A stretch of 64,000 nt of DNA from Chrysomallon squamiferum (Eukaryota > Animalia > Mollusca): the NCBI GenBank assembly GCA_012295275.1, contig CM022668.1, forward strand, positions 4,216,001-4,280,000. Direction: 5' to 3'. Of the stretch, positions 1-13,100 are shown piece by piece; positions within the stretch are counted from its first letter, which is position 1, and every line of letters starts with the position of its first letter. The notes under the pieces were generated by a model. That model did not search any database, had not been told where the DNA came from, and saw nothing but the letters and a program-made list of their open reading frames with translations. The position numbers and the translations under genes were made by a program.

Positions 1-850
1 GCGGCTGCAGGAACAGTCTTAAGTTCTTCCTAAAACCCACAAACTAGAACAGCTGCACTACTTTGCCAAGCCCCCATTCTACACATTGTCAAACAGCAGA
101 CAAGTTTTTTGTTAAAAGCCCTTTCATGTGGACTGATTCAAAGGGACACAACAGATAATCCCTCAGGGGGTACCTTCATAGAGGGAAAGTGGATATTCAT
201 TCACATCATTCATCCTGGCTTCTAGTAGTGGAAGAAGAACACTGACAGCAAGTCTACCTCTGTCTTGTCTAGTTCCAGCATATGGCCCTAGCAGCTTGAC
301 AACAAGTGCACTGGGTGCCATCACTGACTGAAATTTGATGTCATGCTTTCTCTTGTGGCCACTAAAAGCATGTCTTTTGTCCACTGATGGTCACTCCATC
401 TCATGAACTGTTCCATCGATGAATCCGCATCAGTTCTTCAGAGGGGAACTTTATTTGCAATGATGTCTGCAAATAGCTGAGGATTTAGCCGTGCTTGATG
501 AAAGTTTGTGTCCAAAGTTGTCAAAGATGTAATTAGAAACGTGTTTAAAGATCAAACTCAGCTGCAAAGTGGATTGCGAAAAACAGGAATCTCAAATCGC
601 AAAAGCAACGTGGATATGCAAGTCACCTCAAAAGCAGACAAAGTCAGACAAAAACTTGTTTCACAAATAATTGGGTCAGGCATTCTAAGCAAATTGCACA
701 GATGATGCATTTCATCTTTTGTGAAGTAAAACTGTTCCAAACATATTTTGTCTGAAAAGTCTTTCAAGGTAAAATTAACATCATCAGCTCCTCCTCATTA
801 TAGACAGCTAACATCAGTGGAATAGCCAAGTCCACCTCGTCAGCCATGAT
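1..850 (-). mobile_element. Degenerate PIF/Harbinger (HARBI1-like, DDE_Tnp_4) transposase, running off the left edge
   Basis: Minus-strand fragments in the expected order: PLKN*CGFIDGTV (~410-450), FSGHKRKHDIKFQSVMAP...GPYAGTRQD (ORF 163-384) and RQCVEWGLGKVVQLF*FVGFRKNLRLFLQP (~5-95). Stops and frameshifts are present. Confidence 0.85.
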
Positions 851-1791
851 GACACATCTGTAAATACTTAATTGCACTTTTAAATCTTCAGAATACAGCC
901 TTACAGTAAATGATTTAAATAAAACTGGAATTTCCAAGTAATTAAATATACTGAATGACTATAAACAGTCATAATAAATGATAAAGATGACAGTAAGATT
1001 GTTATGATGTTGATAACAATATATAAAAATTATCATAGAAAAACTACTCATAGAAAATATTTTTTGAAAAGCTTCACTTGAACAAAACTGAGGTAAATGT
1101 TTTTAGGCTGTGTGATCTGGCAAACACAAAAAAAAAAAAAAACAACAACAGGAATTGTGCGACTCAGGCCAGATTTGGCAAGCTTCATGGCGTGCATCGT
1201 GCCACTGTTAATGGGAGAGAAAGTTTCCTCAGTAATGAGCAATGCAGGAAGTGTTATGCTTTCATTACAGTTAATCAAATATATTGTATGTACTACATGC
1301 TCAGCTGCATCTGAACATTCTACTAATCACAATAATAATCGGAACAAGTAGACAATCAGTGAAATCAATTTAAAAAGCACCACTGACCTGCAGACTCCAG
1401 AGATCACATCGAACAGGAAGAGTACAGCTTTCTTCCATAGTAAAACACTGAGTAGTCATCACAAAAAGAACATTCGTGCCTGATCCAGAAATTAGCATAA
1501 TTACTTCCCTTCCTTGATCTATTATGATGGGTGCAGTGTGCTTTACGTGGAAGCTCAGTCTGAGTTGTGAACATCTCGAGTTGTGAATATCTCGAGTTTG
1601 CTCCATACGTGTACGTCTATGCTAAACCTCTCCATTCTGGTTTTGCTAATGAAGGCATCAGGAGGAACAAAAAGCAGGGACGACATCATTATAAATTCAG
1701 ACAACAAATTCATGTGTTCAGTTGAACAGCATTAACAGTAGTGCTCAGCAGCATGTGATCTTGTCTGTTCCAAGCATACACTGGATAAAGA

Positions 1792-2477
1792 ATGGTTGTC
1801 AGGTTCCTCTTTGAACCAGATACTCTTGCCACGAGTTCTAGACACTCGGTTGTCCTGGTCAAAGGACAGAGGACTCAGAATTCAGCGCTACTACTTCATG
1901 ACATAAGAAATGAAATTTGGCAACTCGGGTCAGTGGCAGATCAGATCAGTATCAATGCCAAGGAAATCAAGATGATGGTGGATACGACAGCCCAGGTGCT
2001 CCTTCAGTTGCTGGAGAATCTGATGGTGTCAGAGATGAACACGATCAAATATAATGAAGAAGATATGTCTGCCTGCCGGAGATATTTAAGTAAGGTCAAA
2101 GAACAAATCGGTTGTCTTACGAGAAACATCACTGACATGCTACAAGCTGCTCGTGAAAAAAGGAGAAAGGGTAACGAAGCAGATGCCGAAGTCAATTGAC
2201 AAGTACAGTCTTCTACGACAGAGCTCACACTGAATGAACTGAGAGCCGGAATGAACAAGCATTGAGTTACATACACACGGAAAAGGACCAGCGATCTGAC
2301 AGACAGGTGGAGCCAGACATACCCGAAATCATTGATCAGGCAGAGCAGTCAGAAACCAGTTCATCGACCTATCTCGACATGTTAAATGGTGAAACGTTAA
2401 AAGCAAGGTTGCATGGCCGCTGCATTAAAATGATTGTTCCCATACCCACTGTAGGTGCATGGATTGGTTACGATTAA
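1792..2477 (+). other. Unidentified broken, helical-looking coding region (135-aa and 71-aa ORFs), possibly a second TE gene
   Basis: GC-richer island next to the Harbinger relic and on the opposite strand. No motif recognised. Confidence 0.25.
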
Positions 2478-3067
2478 AAAGAAAAATATCGACGTAATAT
2501 AATTTGACAGATTGATCGGTTATATTAGTAGAAACTGAATACAAATGTATTTCTATGAAAGACACAGATCAGAAAAGCTCAGTATTTTAAATATGTAATT
2601 TAGATCAAGATTATAAATGATTTTGAAAGTAATAAATAAATTAATATGATATTACTGCTGCTTGTAGTAATAATAATATTAATAATGTTAAACTGGTTTC
2701 TCTCACTCTCAAAAGCAGATGTGGCAGTTTCCAGATGTATTAATTCCTCAGCGTTTGTGATGTACCAATTTATTTACAAGCTTTGCATAAACAAATTCTT
2801 TGTAGAACACATATAATACCAGTTTGGAAATTTATATTTTTAAAAAATATGTGATTTCTAAAGATTTTGGTTTCTAGGTTGTTAAGTATTTATGCATTCG
2901 TTACAGAAAGTTTTTGTCTAAGGATGAATAACTATTGACTTATTTTTCTATGTGTGAGTTGGTTTTGAATTTGCATGCAACTGAGAAAAATAAAAAATGT
3001 AAAAAAATAAATTATCTTTTTCTTATTATTTAATAAAGTATTTATTTACTTCAGGTTTTGTATGTCA

Positions 3068-3104
<37 letters not shown>

Positions 3105-4906
3105 ACTAGCAGAAGTTATGAGAATATGTCTGTGTTTAATGACGTATGTATGTGAAAACTAATTGATCACCAATACAATAAATATGACAGAAATGATGAA
3201 GAAACAACTGTCACTGACATTTTTGAAGTAATTACTGAACAGTACAGATAATACCTACACCAAATCCTGAACTGCACAGAAATACACAGATTGTGTTTTA
3301 ACAAAACAAAATAAAAAATTAGCAATAATTAAAATGCTGAATAATTTTTAGGAAAACTCTTTCTTTAACTCTCAAGCAGACTACATATAGAAATAAATTT
3401 CAAACTCAAGAAGAATTAAATGCCTTTAATAGCTACATGATTTATAATACATTTTATATTATATACAAAGTTGTTATTAATATATATGATCTTTGAAATA
3501 TTAATGCATGTGGATAAACAATCAAGAAACTAGATACTATTTTCAAAGATACACTTTTTACATTTCTTTAAACAAATTAACAACTTTACTACACCATATA
3601 TTAAGAATCAGTTATTTTGAACATTTCATCATTGTATCTTCCTTAACAAACAAACAAAGCAATCACTTGAAAATGTACCAGGTGTTTATTTATCCACTTT
3701 AACAAGAAACAATATTTTAAAATTTACAGAATGCATTTAGAGTTTTTATCTTTCATGCAAAAACAAACAAAAAATAAAAAATATAAAATATTAAAATGCA
3801 AAATTAAGAATCAGTTGAATTACTTGAAAATTTACGAAATGATTGTTAGTCCATTTTTAACAAGAAACACTAACATTAAAGTTAACAGTTATGTTATTCT
3901 TTTACTTTTCATGCAAAAACAAACAAACAAAATATTAAAAAGCCTTTAAAAATTAGCAAATATTTAAAACTAAAATACTGTCACAGTGACTAGTCTGAGT
4001 GGTACTGATACCTAAAATTTGGCTCATCCGGTCTAAAGGGTAGCAGACTATAATAGCGTCACATGACAAGAAGTTAATTATCTGAGACAGCTTAAACTAC
4101 TGAATGACTTTTCTCTGTCCACTAGAGAACAATAACACAAACAAGAATTCAATATGGATAATTGTTATAAATATATATATATTTTACATAAATTTTCATA
4201 AATTAACCCTCAAGGGTAATAGATAGTTAAATCGAACAATGCGAACAACTGTAAAAGCAAACTGATGAAACTAAACTAATTAAGCCCAATTGGTAAACTG
4301 ATCTTTCTAACTAATCTTTTAATTATTAACATGCGTTATCTTAGTTTTCAAGCTAAGTTTGTACCACAGAATACTACAAAAAAAATTCAACAGGAACAGA
4401 TTTACCTATCTTCAGTCACTCAGCATGTATGTTATATAATACAAAACATTAAAACAAAATTTCCATTGACTGAGTGGTCCTCAGACGAGTATCTCCAGAA
4501 GGGCACCTGTCAAAAATATCCAGTTCAAAACGCGTGCTGCTACTTACAAAACCATTATATAGCAGCCTTTCTGAATTTACTTTGCAACTTTTAATATCCA
4601 TTTTGAGTTTGTTAATCCCAGTTTTTCTTAGTTTATAAAATAATGGAACTTCCCCTAATTATATAACAGTTTCTAAATATCCCATGTATGTTTGCATACA
4701 CTCTGCTATTTAGTTTTTGTATATTTACCGCCATTTTCTGACATTAATTAGGTAAACATTAAAGAACTGCAAAAATATAAAACATAAACATGATTATACA
4801 AGAGTTTCTCAAACAATAACTGCAAATAAATAAAATATTAACATGATTATACAAGAGTTTTTCAGACATCAACTGAAACTAAATAAAACAAATGAAAACA
4901 TGTCCT

Positions 4907-5000
4907 TTATCGGAATATCAGCTTCTTCCTCAAAGTGCTGAACAGTGCTGGTGACTGCTTGTACCTACCATCCTCCATCTTGGCGTTTCCTTTACCTACT
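4907..5000 (-). pseudogene. 3' part of a caspase terminal exon (derivative 1)
   Basis: VGKGNAKMEDGRYKQSPALFSTLRKKLIFR* matches VGKKVKKEDGRMFKQSPTLSNSLTKKVILR* at 46881-46975. It is fused directly to intron sequence homologous to 49920-50057. Confidence 0.85.
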
Positions 5001-5158
5001 ATTTCCCAATTCAACCAGGATATTTCGCATGGCAACCAAGCTATTTCCCATTCAAACCAGAATATTATGAACCTTTTGTTAACAGACCTTTCTGACCAAA
5101 GAAAAAAGATCCCTTTTTCCTGATCCCAGATTAGTAAAATCTTTATTTGAAAACATAC

Positions 5159-5223
5159 CTCGAGGAATAGCATCCATTAGTTAGGGTCAGCATGCTGCTC
5201 TTCCACACCTCGATAACCACTAT
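5159..5223 (-). pseudogene. Frameshifted caspase 'YKM...PRG' exon (65 nt, TAA at 5177-5179)
   Basis: TTCAG|ATAGT...CTCGAG|GTATGT reads DSGYRGVEEQHADPN*. The MDAIPR|G end lies in another frame. Confidence 0.75.
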
Positions 5224-6451
5224 CTGAAGATTTTCAACAAAACAATAAGTTAAAAATTAAAAATTAATAATAAATAAGTAACAGAATTCAAAGTAAGTTC
5301 TGCTATAAAATTAAAATAAATGCAGCTTAATGTGATTTCTTTATTTGTTTTCTCATGTCAGTTAGTTGCTAATAATAAAGTTTAATGATAAAATAACAAA
5401 GAATAAAACGAAGGTGTATAATGTGACCCCATGTTTCAAGAAAAATACCCCCCAAAAACCCAGTAATTAATAATGTTGACAGTGATGATGATAATAACTA
5501 TGAAATCACATTTATGTTTATTTTCTTCTAACCATAAGAAAAAGTACTAGAAATAAATTACTGTTATTAAATTGGAATGTTATTGACTTGCAATATTACA
5601 CTTCAATATTATGATCACATTAAATTCATGTTATAATGTTGTAAGTTTACTTGACCTGTGGTAATACAAAGTTTCTCGAATATTGTAGAAAAGACTGGCC
5701 TCCGAAAACAAATAATACAATCAGATGGAAGTAAACAAATTTATACTTTGTGTTTAAAAATAACAAAGTCTCAAATATATTCCGTACTTCATTATTAGAA
5801 AAATATTTTCTCCAAAAGCAATGAAAAATTAATTAAATGTATAATTACTTTGTCCCCTTTGTTCTCTTAAGCTGATTTCAAGATCTGAAACCAAAATATT
5901 TTCATAAAAAATAAAAACAGCAGATGGAACCTTAAACCTAAATACAAATATCTCTCTCACACACAAACACACACACACACACGCACACAAACACACACAC
6001 ACACACGCACACACTCACACAGACACATACAAACACTCACACAAATGCAAACAAAATGTAAAAATCATTTTGTATACATATTTACAAATTACTGCTAATA
6101 CTATAAGAAAAAAGCAGACAAAGAGAAACAGAGAGAAAGAATGAGGGACAGATACAGTGATATGAATGTGGAGAGCCCAGACTGGGTCTGTGTTTATGAA
6201 TCACTCATTATGATATAGTAGCTGGAATAAGAGCAGGGAATCATGACTTATACACTAGGGAATTCAAATCTCTAGCAGTGTAGGTCTGCGTAAACAGCAC
6301 CAAACAAATCACAAAGGCATACGAAAAAAAATGAATGAATATGTATGTGTGACACATACCTCTCACCTATATTGTTTGTACCAAATCGAATACTGTTTTT
6401 AAAGAGGCCAAATTGATCCCAAATTAGTAAAATATTTGTTTGAAAATATAC

Positions 6452-6472
6452 CTCGAGGATTAGCATCCATAT
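6452..6472 (-). pseudogene. 5'-deleted remnant of the 'YKM...PRG' exon
   Basis: YMDANPR|G followed by GTATAT donor. The acceptor side is deleted relative to the paralogous exon 37187-37276. Confidence 0.6.
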
Positions 6473-7129
6473 AAGTTCTGCTATAAAATTAAAATATATG
6501 CAGCTTAATCTGATTTCCTTATTTGTTTTGCTAATTATAAAGTAAAATGATAAAATAACAAAGAGTAGAACTATGCAGGTGAATCATTTCTTGTTTTTCT
6601 TTCAAAAAATATAAATAAAATACATGATGGTACCAGATCTAAGGTCACATTTTTTTTTTTCTTGAAGCCATATGAAAAAGCACCAGAAATAAATAACCTT
6701 TATTATAAAATTCGAGTGTTATTGACTAGCAATATTACATGTCAATATTATGATCAGATTAAATTCATGTTATAATGTTGTAAGTTTACTTGACTTGTGG
6801 TAATACAAAGTTTCTCGTATATTGTAATTAGAAAACATTGGCCTCCAAAAACAAATAATACAATCATCTGGAAGTAAACAGCTTTATATTTTCTATTTAA
6901 AAAGTAACAAAGGGTAAAAACATTTTGAATACATATTTATAAATTACTGCTAATAATATAATATTTATATAAAAATAATTACACTGATTAATTTTTGATG
7001 TTGACATTTTCAATTTTATTCTGTTATTAATCTGTATATTAATAATCATGAATTTGATTAAGGCATATAAATAAAAGAAAAGCTAAAATAATTGATAGAA
7101 CTAATAAGATTAGTTAAAATATAGAAATA

Positions 7130-10100
7130 CTGGTCTGTTTCTTGTTATTGTTATTACGATAAATAATCAAGTTACTTCCTAAAATATATTTGATTATACA
7201 TAATTAGTCTGAGTAATAGCTGCTGTCACTTCCCTTTTTGATTATTAGTAATGTTGAAATTGCTGAAGGCATAATAAATAACAGAAAAGTTCAAACAATT
7301 GATAGAACTAATAAGATAAGTTAAAATATGGAATTACTTTTGAATAAATTATAGATACACAAATGTAATCTGATCATTTAGAGGAATATTATTTCACTCC
7401 TTTTTTCTTTTTTCTTTCTCTTTTTTGTGAAAATAAAGTTACAATAAAAATTCAGTTATTAGATTTATGATACTTCGGTCATTTAAGAAGGTTTTAGGGG
7501 TTTTGGTTTTTTATTTACCTGGTTCTGAAGGAAGAGTTTGTGTTGGTTGTGGATTCCGTGGTACAACCCTTGCTGTTGTCCTACCAGCGTTTGTTGGCTG
7601 ACTGGGACTCTCTACTTCACTATTTTGATTTGGCATGTGTACTTGTTGTTCACATTGATGAGCAGTTTCAATCACAGTTGACAGATCCACATCTGTAAAC
7701 AACCATCATGTTACCATTTAGTATATTTTTCTTTCCTAGTGAGTGATTGGGGAGAATATCTGACAGTATCATCAAATGAACTAAATAGTCAGCAATCACT
7801 AATTTTTATTATAATTTATATCCATCCATACCCCAAATCTGGGTAGTTTATTGGCTAAATTAATTTTCTTTATCAAATACAGGTCCGTTTGTTGCTTTTC
7901 TTATTACGATAAATAATCAAGTTACTTCCTAATATAGTATTTGATTATACATAATTAGCCTGAGTAATAGCTGCTGCCATTTCCCTTTTTATTTATTAGT
8001 AATGTTGAAATTGTTGAAGGCATAATAAATAATGGAAAAGTTGAAACAATTGATAGAACTAATAAGATCGGTTAAAAGATGGAAATCCTTGAGAATAAAT
8101 TATAGAAACACTAATCTAATCTGCTCATTTACAGGAATATTATTACATTGCTTTTCTTTTCCTTTTTTTTTTTTTTTTTTTTTGTTTCTTTATCCAAAAT
8201 AAAAATTTACAATACAAATTAAGGTATCAGTTCTCTGATTGTTGGGTCATTTAAGGTTTTAGGGGTTTTGGTTTTTTATTTACCTGGTTCTGAAGGAAGA
8301 CTTTCTGTTGGTTGAGGATTCTGTGGTACAACCCTTGCTGTTGTCTTACCAGGCTCTGTTGGCTGACTGGGATTCTCTACTTCAGTATTTTGATTTGGCA
8401 TGTGTACTTGTTCTTCACATTGATGAGCAGTTTCAATCACAGTTGACAGATCCACATCTGTAAACAAACATCAGTGTTACCATTTAGTATATTTTTCTTT
8501 CCTAGTGAGTGACTGGGGAAAATATCTGACTATATCAGAAATGATCTAAATAGACATCAATTACTAGTTTTCGTTATAGTTTATATCCAACCATACACCA
8601 AACCTTGGTAGTTTATTGACTAAATTAATTTTGTTTATCAAATACTGGCCTGTTTTTCTTATTGTTATTACCATAAATAATCAAGTTACTTCCTAATATA
8701 CTATTTGATTATACATAATTAGTCTGAGTAATAGCTGCTGCCATTTCCCTTTTTATTTATTAGTAATGTTGAAATTGTTGAAGGCATAATAAATAATGGA
8801 AAAGTTGAAACAACTGATAGAAGTAAAATGATAAGTTACAAAATGGAAATCCTTGAGAATAAATTACAGAAACATTGATGTTATCTGATCGTTTTAGGAA
8901 AGTTTCTCCATTAATTTATTTTGAAGATAAAGTTACAATTCAAATTAAGTTGTTAGTTTTCTGATTCTTCAGTCATTTAAGAAGGTTTAGAGGTGTTTTT
9001 TTTTTTTTTTTTTTTTTTACCAGGTACTGAAGGAGGACTTTGTGTTGGTTGAGGATTCTCTGGTGCAACCCTTCCTGTTGTCCTACCAGGCTCTCTTGGC
9101 TGACTGGGATAGTTTACTTCCATATTTTGATTTGGCATGTGTACTATTTCTTCACATTGATGAGCAGTTTCAATCACAGTTGACAGATCCACATCTGTAA
9201 ACAAACATCAGTGTTACCATTTAGTATATATTTTTGTTTTCCTGGTGAGTGACTGGGCAATATATCTGACAATATCAGCATATGAACTAAATAGACAGCA
9301 ATCACTAATTTTCATTATAATTTTTATCCAACCATACACCAAATCTTGGTACTTTATTGACTAAATTAATTTCGTTTATCAAATACTGGTCTGTTTGTTG
9401 TTATTGTTATTACCATAAATAATCAAGTTACTTCCTAATATAGTATTTGATTATACATAATTAGCCTGAGTAACAGCTGCTGTCATTATCCTTTTATTTA
9501 TTAGTAATGTTGAAATTGTTGAAGGCATAATAAATAATAGAAGAGTTGAAACAATTGATAAAACTAATAAGATTAGTTAAAATATGGAAATCCTTCAGAA
9601 TAACTTATAGAAACACTAATGTAATCTAATCATTTACAGGAATATTATTACACCTTTTTTTAATTTTTTTTAATTTTTATTTTTGAAAAATAAACTTATA
9701 GTACACATTAAGTTATTAGTTTTATGATTGTTGGGTCATTTAAGAAGGTTTTAGGGGTTTTGGTTTTTTATTTACCTGGTTCTGAAGGAAGACTTTCTGT
9801 TGGTTGAGGATTCTGTGGTACAACCCTTGCTGTTGTCTTACCAGGCTCTGTTGGCTGACTGGGATTCTCTACTTCAGTATTTTGATTTGGCATGTGTACT
9901 TGTTCTTCACATTGATGAGCAGTTTCAATCACAGTTGACAGATCCACATCTGTAAACAAACATCAGTGTTACCATTTAGTATATTTTTCTTTCCTAGTGA
10001 GTGACTGGGGAAAATATCTGACTATATCAGAAATGATCTAAATAGACATCAATTACTAGTTTTCGTTATAGTTTATATCCAACCATACACCAAACCTTGG

Positions 10101-13100
10101 TAGTTTATTGACTAAATTAATTTTGTTTATCAAATACTGGCCTGTTTTTTCTTATTGTTATTACCATAAATAATCAAGTTACTTCCTAATATAGTATTTG
10201 ATTATACATAATTAGTCTGAGTAATAGCTGCTGCCATTTCCTTTTTATTTATTAGTAATGTTGAAATTGTTGAAGGCATAATAAATAATGGAAAAGTTGA
10301 AACAACTGATAGAAGTAAAATGATAAGTTACAAAATGGAAATCCTTGAGAATAAATTACAGAAACATTGATGTTATCTGATCGTTTTTAGGAAAGTTTCT
10401 CCATTAATTTATTTTGAAGATAAAGTTACAATTCAAATTAAGTTGTTAGTTTTCTGATTCTTCAGTCATTTAAGAAGGTTTAGAGGTGTTTTTTTTTTTT
10501 TTTTTTTACCAGGTACTGAAGGAGGACTTTGTGTTGGTTGAGGATTCTCTGGTGCAACCCTTCCTGTTGTCCTACCAGGCTCTCTTGGCTGACTGGGATA
10601 GTTTACTTCCATATTTTGATTTGGCATGTGTACTATTTCTTCACATTGATGAGCAGTTTCAATCACAGTTGACATATCCACATCTGTAAACAAACATCAG
10701 TGTTACCATTTAGTATATTTTTTGTTTCCTGGTGAGTGACTGGGCAATATATCTGACAATATCAGCATATGAACTAAATAGACAGCAATCACTAATTTTC
10801 ATTATAATTTTTATCCAACCATACACCAAATCCTGGTACTTTATTGACTAAATTAATTTCGTTTATCAAATACTGGTCTGTTTGTTGTTATTGTTATTAC
10901 CATAAATAATCAAGTTACTTCCTAATATAGTATTTGATTATACATAATTAGCCTGAGTAACAGCTGCTGTCATTATCCTTTTTATTTATTAGTAATGTTG
11001 AAATTGTTGAAGGCATAATAAATAATAGAAGAGTTGAAACAATTGATAAAACTAATAAGATTAGTTAAAATATGGAAATCCTTCAGAATAACTTATAGAA
11101 ACACTAATGTAATCTAATCATTTACAGGAATATTATTACACGGCTTTTTTTAATTTTTTTTAATTTTTATTTTTGAAAAATAAACTTATAGTACACATTA
11201 AGTTATTAGTTTTATGATTGTTGGGTCATTTAAGAAGGTTTTAGGGGTTTTGGTTTTTTATTTACCTGGTTCTGAAGGAAGACTTTCTGTTGGTTGAGGA
11301 TTCTGTGGTACAACCCTTGCTGTTGTCTTACCAGGCTCTGTTGGCTGACTGGGATTCTCTACTTCAGTATTTTGATTTGGCATGTGTACTTGTTCTTCAC
11401 ATTGATGAGCAGTTTCAATCACAGTTGACAGATCCACATCTGTAAACAAACATCAGTGTTACCATTTAGTATATTTTTCTTTCCTAGTGAGTGACTGGGG
11501 AAAATATCTGACTATATCAGAAATGATCTAAATAGACATCAATTACTAGTTTTCGTTATAGTTTATATCCAACCATACACCAAACCTTGGTAGTTTATTG
11601 ACTAAATTAATTTTGTTTATCAAATACTGGCCTGTTTTTTCTTATTGTTATTACCATAAATAATCAAGTTACTTCCTAATATACTATTTGATTATACATA
11701 ATTAGTCTGAGTAATAGCTGCTGCCATTTCCCTTTTTATTTATTAGTAATGTTGAAATTGTTGAAGGCATAATAAATAATGGAAAAGTTGAAACAACTGA
11801 TAGAAGTAAAATGATAAGTTACAAAATGGAAATCCTTGAGAATAAATTACAGAAACATTGATGTTATCTGATCGTTTTTAGGAAAGTTTCTCCATTAATT
11901 TATTTTGAAGATAAAGTTACAATTCAAATTAAGTTGTTAGTTTTCTGATTCTTCAGTCATTTAAGAAGGTTTAGAGGTGTTTTTTTACCAGGTACTGAAG
12001 GAGGACTTTGTGTTGGTTGAGGATTCTCTGGTGCAACCCTTCCTGTTGTCCTACCAGGCTCTCTTGGCTGACTGGGATAGTTTACTTCCATATTTTGATT
12101 TGGCATGTGTACTATTTCTTCACATTGATGAGCAGTTTCAATCACAGTTGACAGATCCACATCTGTAAACAAACATCAGTGTTACCATTTAGTATATTTT
12201 TTGTTTCCTGGTGAGTGACTGGGCAATATATCTGACAATATCAGCATATGAACTAAATAGACAGCAATCACTAATTTTCATTATAATTTATATCCATCCA
12301 TACCCCAAATCTGCGTAGTTTATTGGCTAAATTAATTTTCTTTATCAAATACAGATCTGTTTGTTGCTTTTCTTATGACGATAAATAATCAAGTTACTTC
12401 CTAATATAGTATTTGATTATACATAATTAGCCTGAGTAATAGCTGCTGCCATTTCCCTTTTTATTTATTAGTAATGTTGAAACTGTTGAAGGCATAATAA
12501 ATAATGGAAAAGTTGAAACAATTGATAGAACTAATAAGATCGGTTAAAAGATGGAAATCCTTGAGAATAAATTATAGAAACACTAATCTAATCTGATCAT
12601 TTACAGGAATATTATTACATTGCTTTTCTTTTCCTTTTTTTTTTTTTTTTTTTTTCTTTATCCAAAATAAAAATTTACAATACAAATTAAGGTATCAGTT
12701 CTCTGATTGTTGGGTCATTTAAGGTTTTGGGGGTTTTGGTTCTTTATTTACCTGTTTCTGAAGGAAGACTTTGTGTTGGTTGTGGATTCTGTAGTACAAC
12801 CCTTGCTGTTGTCCTACCAGGCTCTGTTGGCTGACTGGGATTCTCTACTTCAGTATTTTGATTTGGCATGTGTACTTGTTCTTCACATTGATGAGCAGTT
12901 TCAATCACAGTTGACAGATCCACATCTGTAAACAAACATCAGTGTTACCATTTAGTATATTTTTTGTTTCCTGGTGAGTGACTGGGCAATATATCTGACA
13001 ATATCAGCATATGAACTAAATAGACAGCAATCACTAATTTTCATTATAATTTTTATCCAACCATACACCAAATCTTGGTACTTTATTGACTAAATTAATT

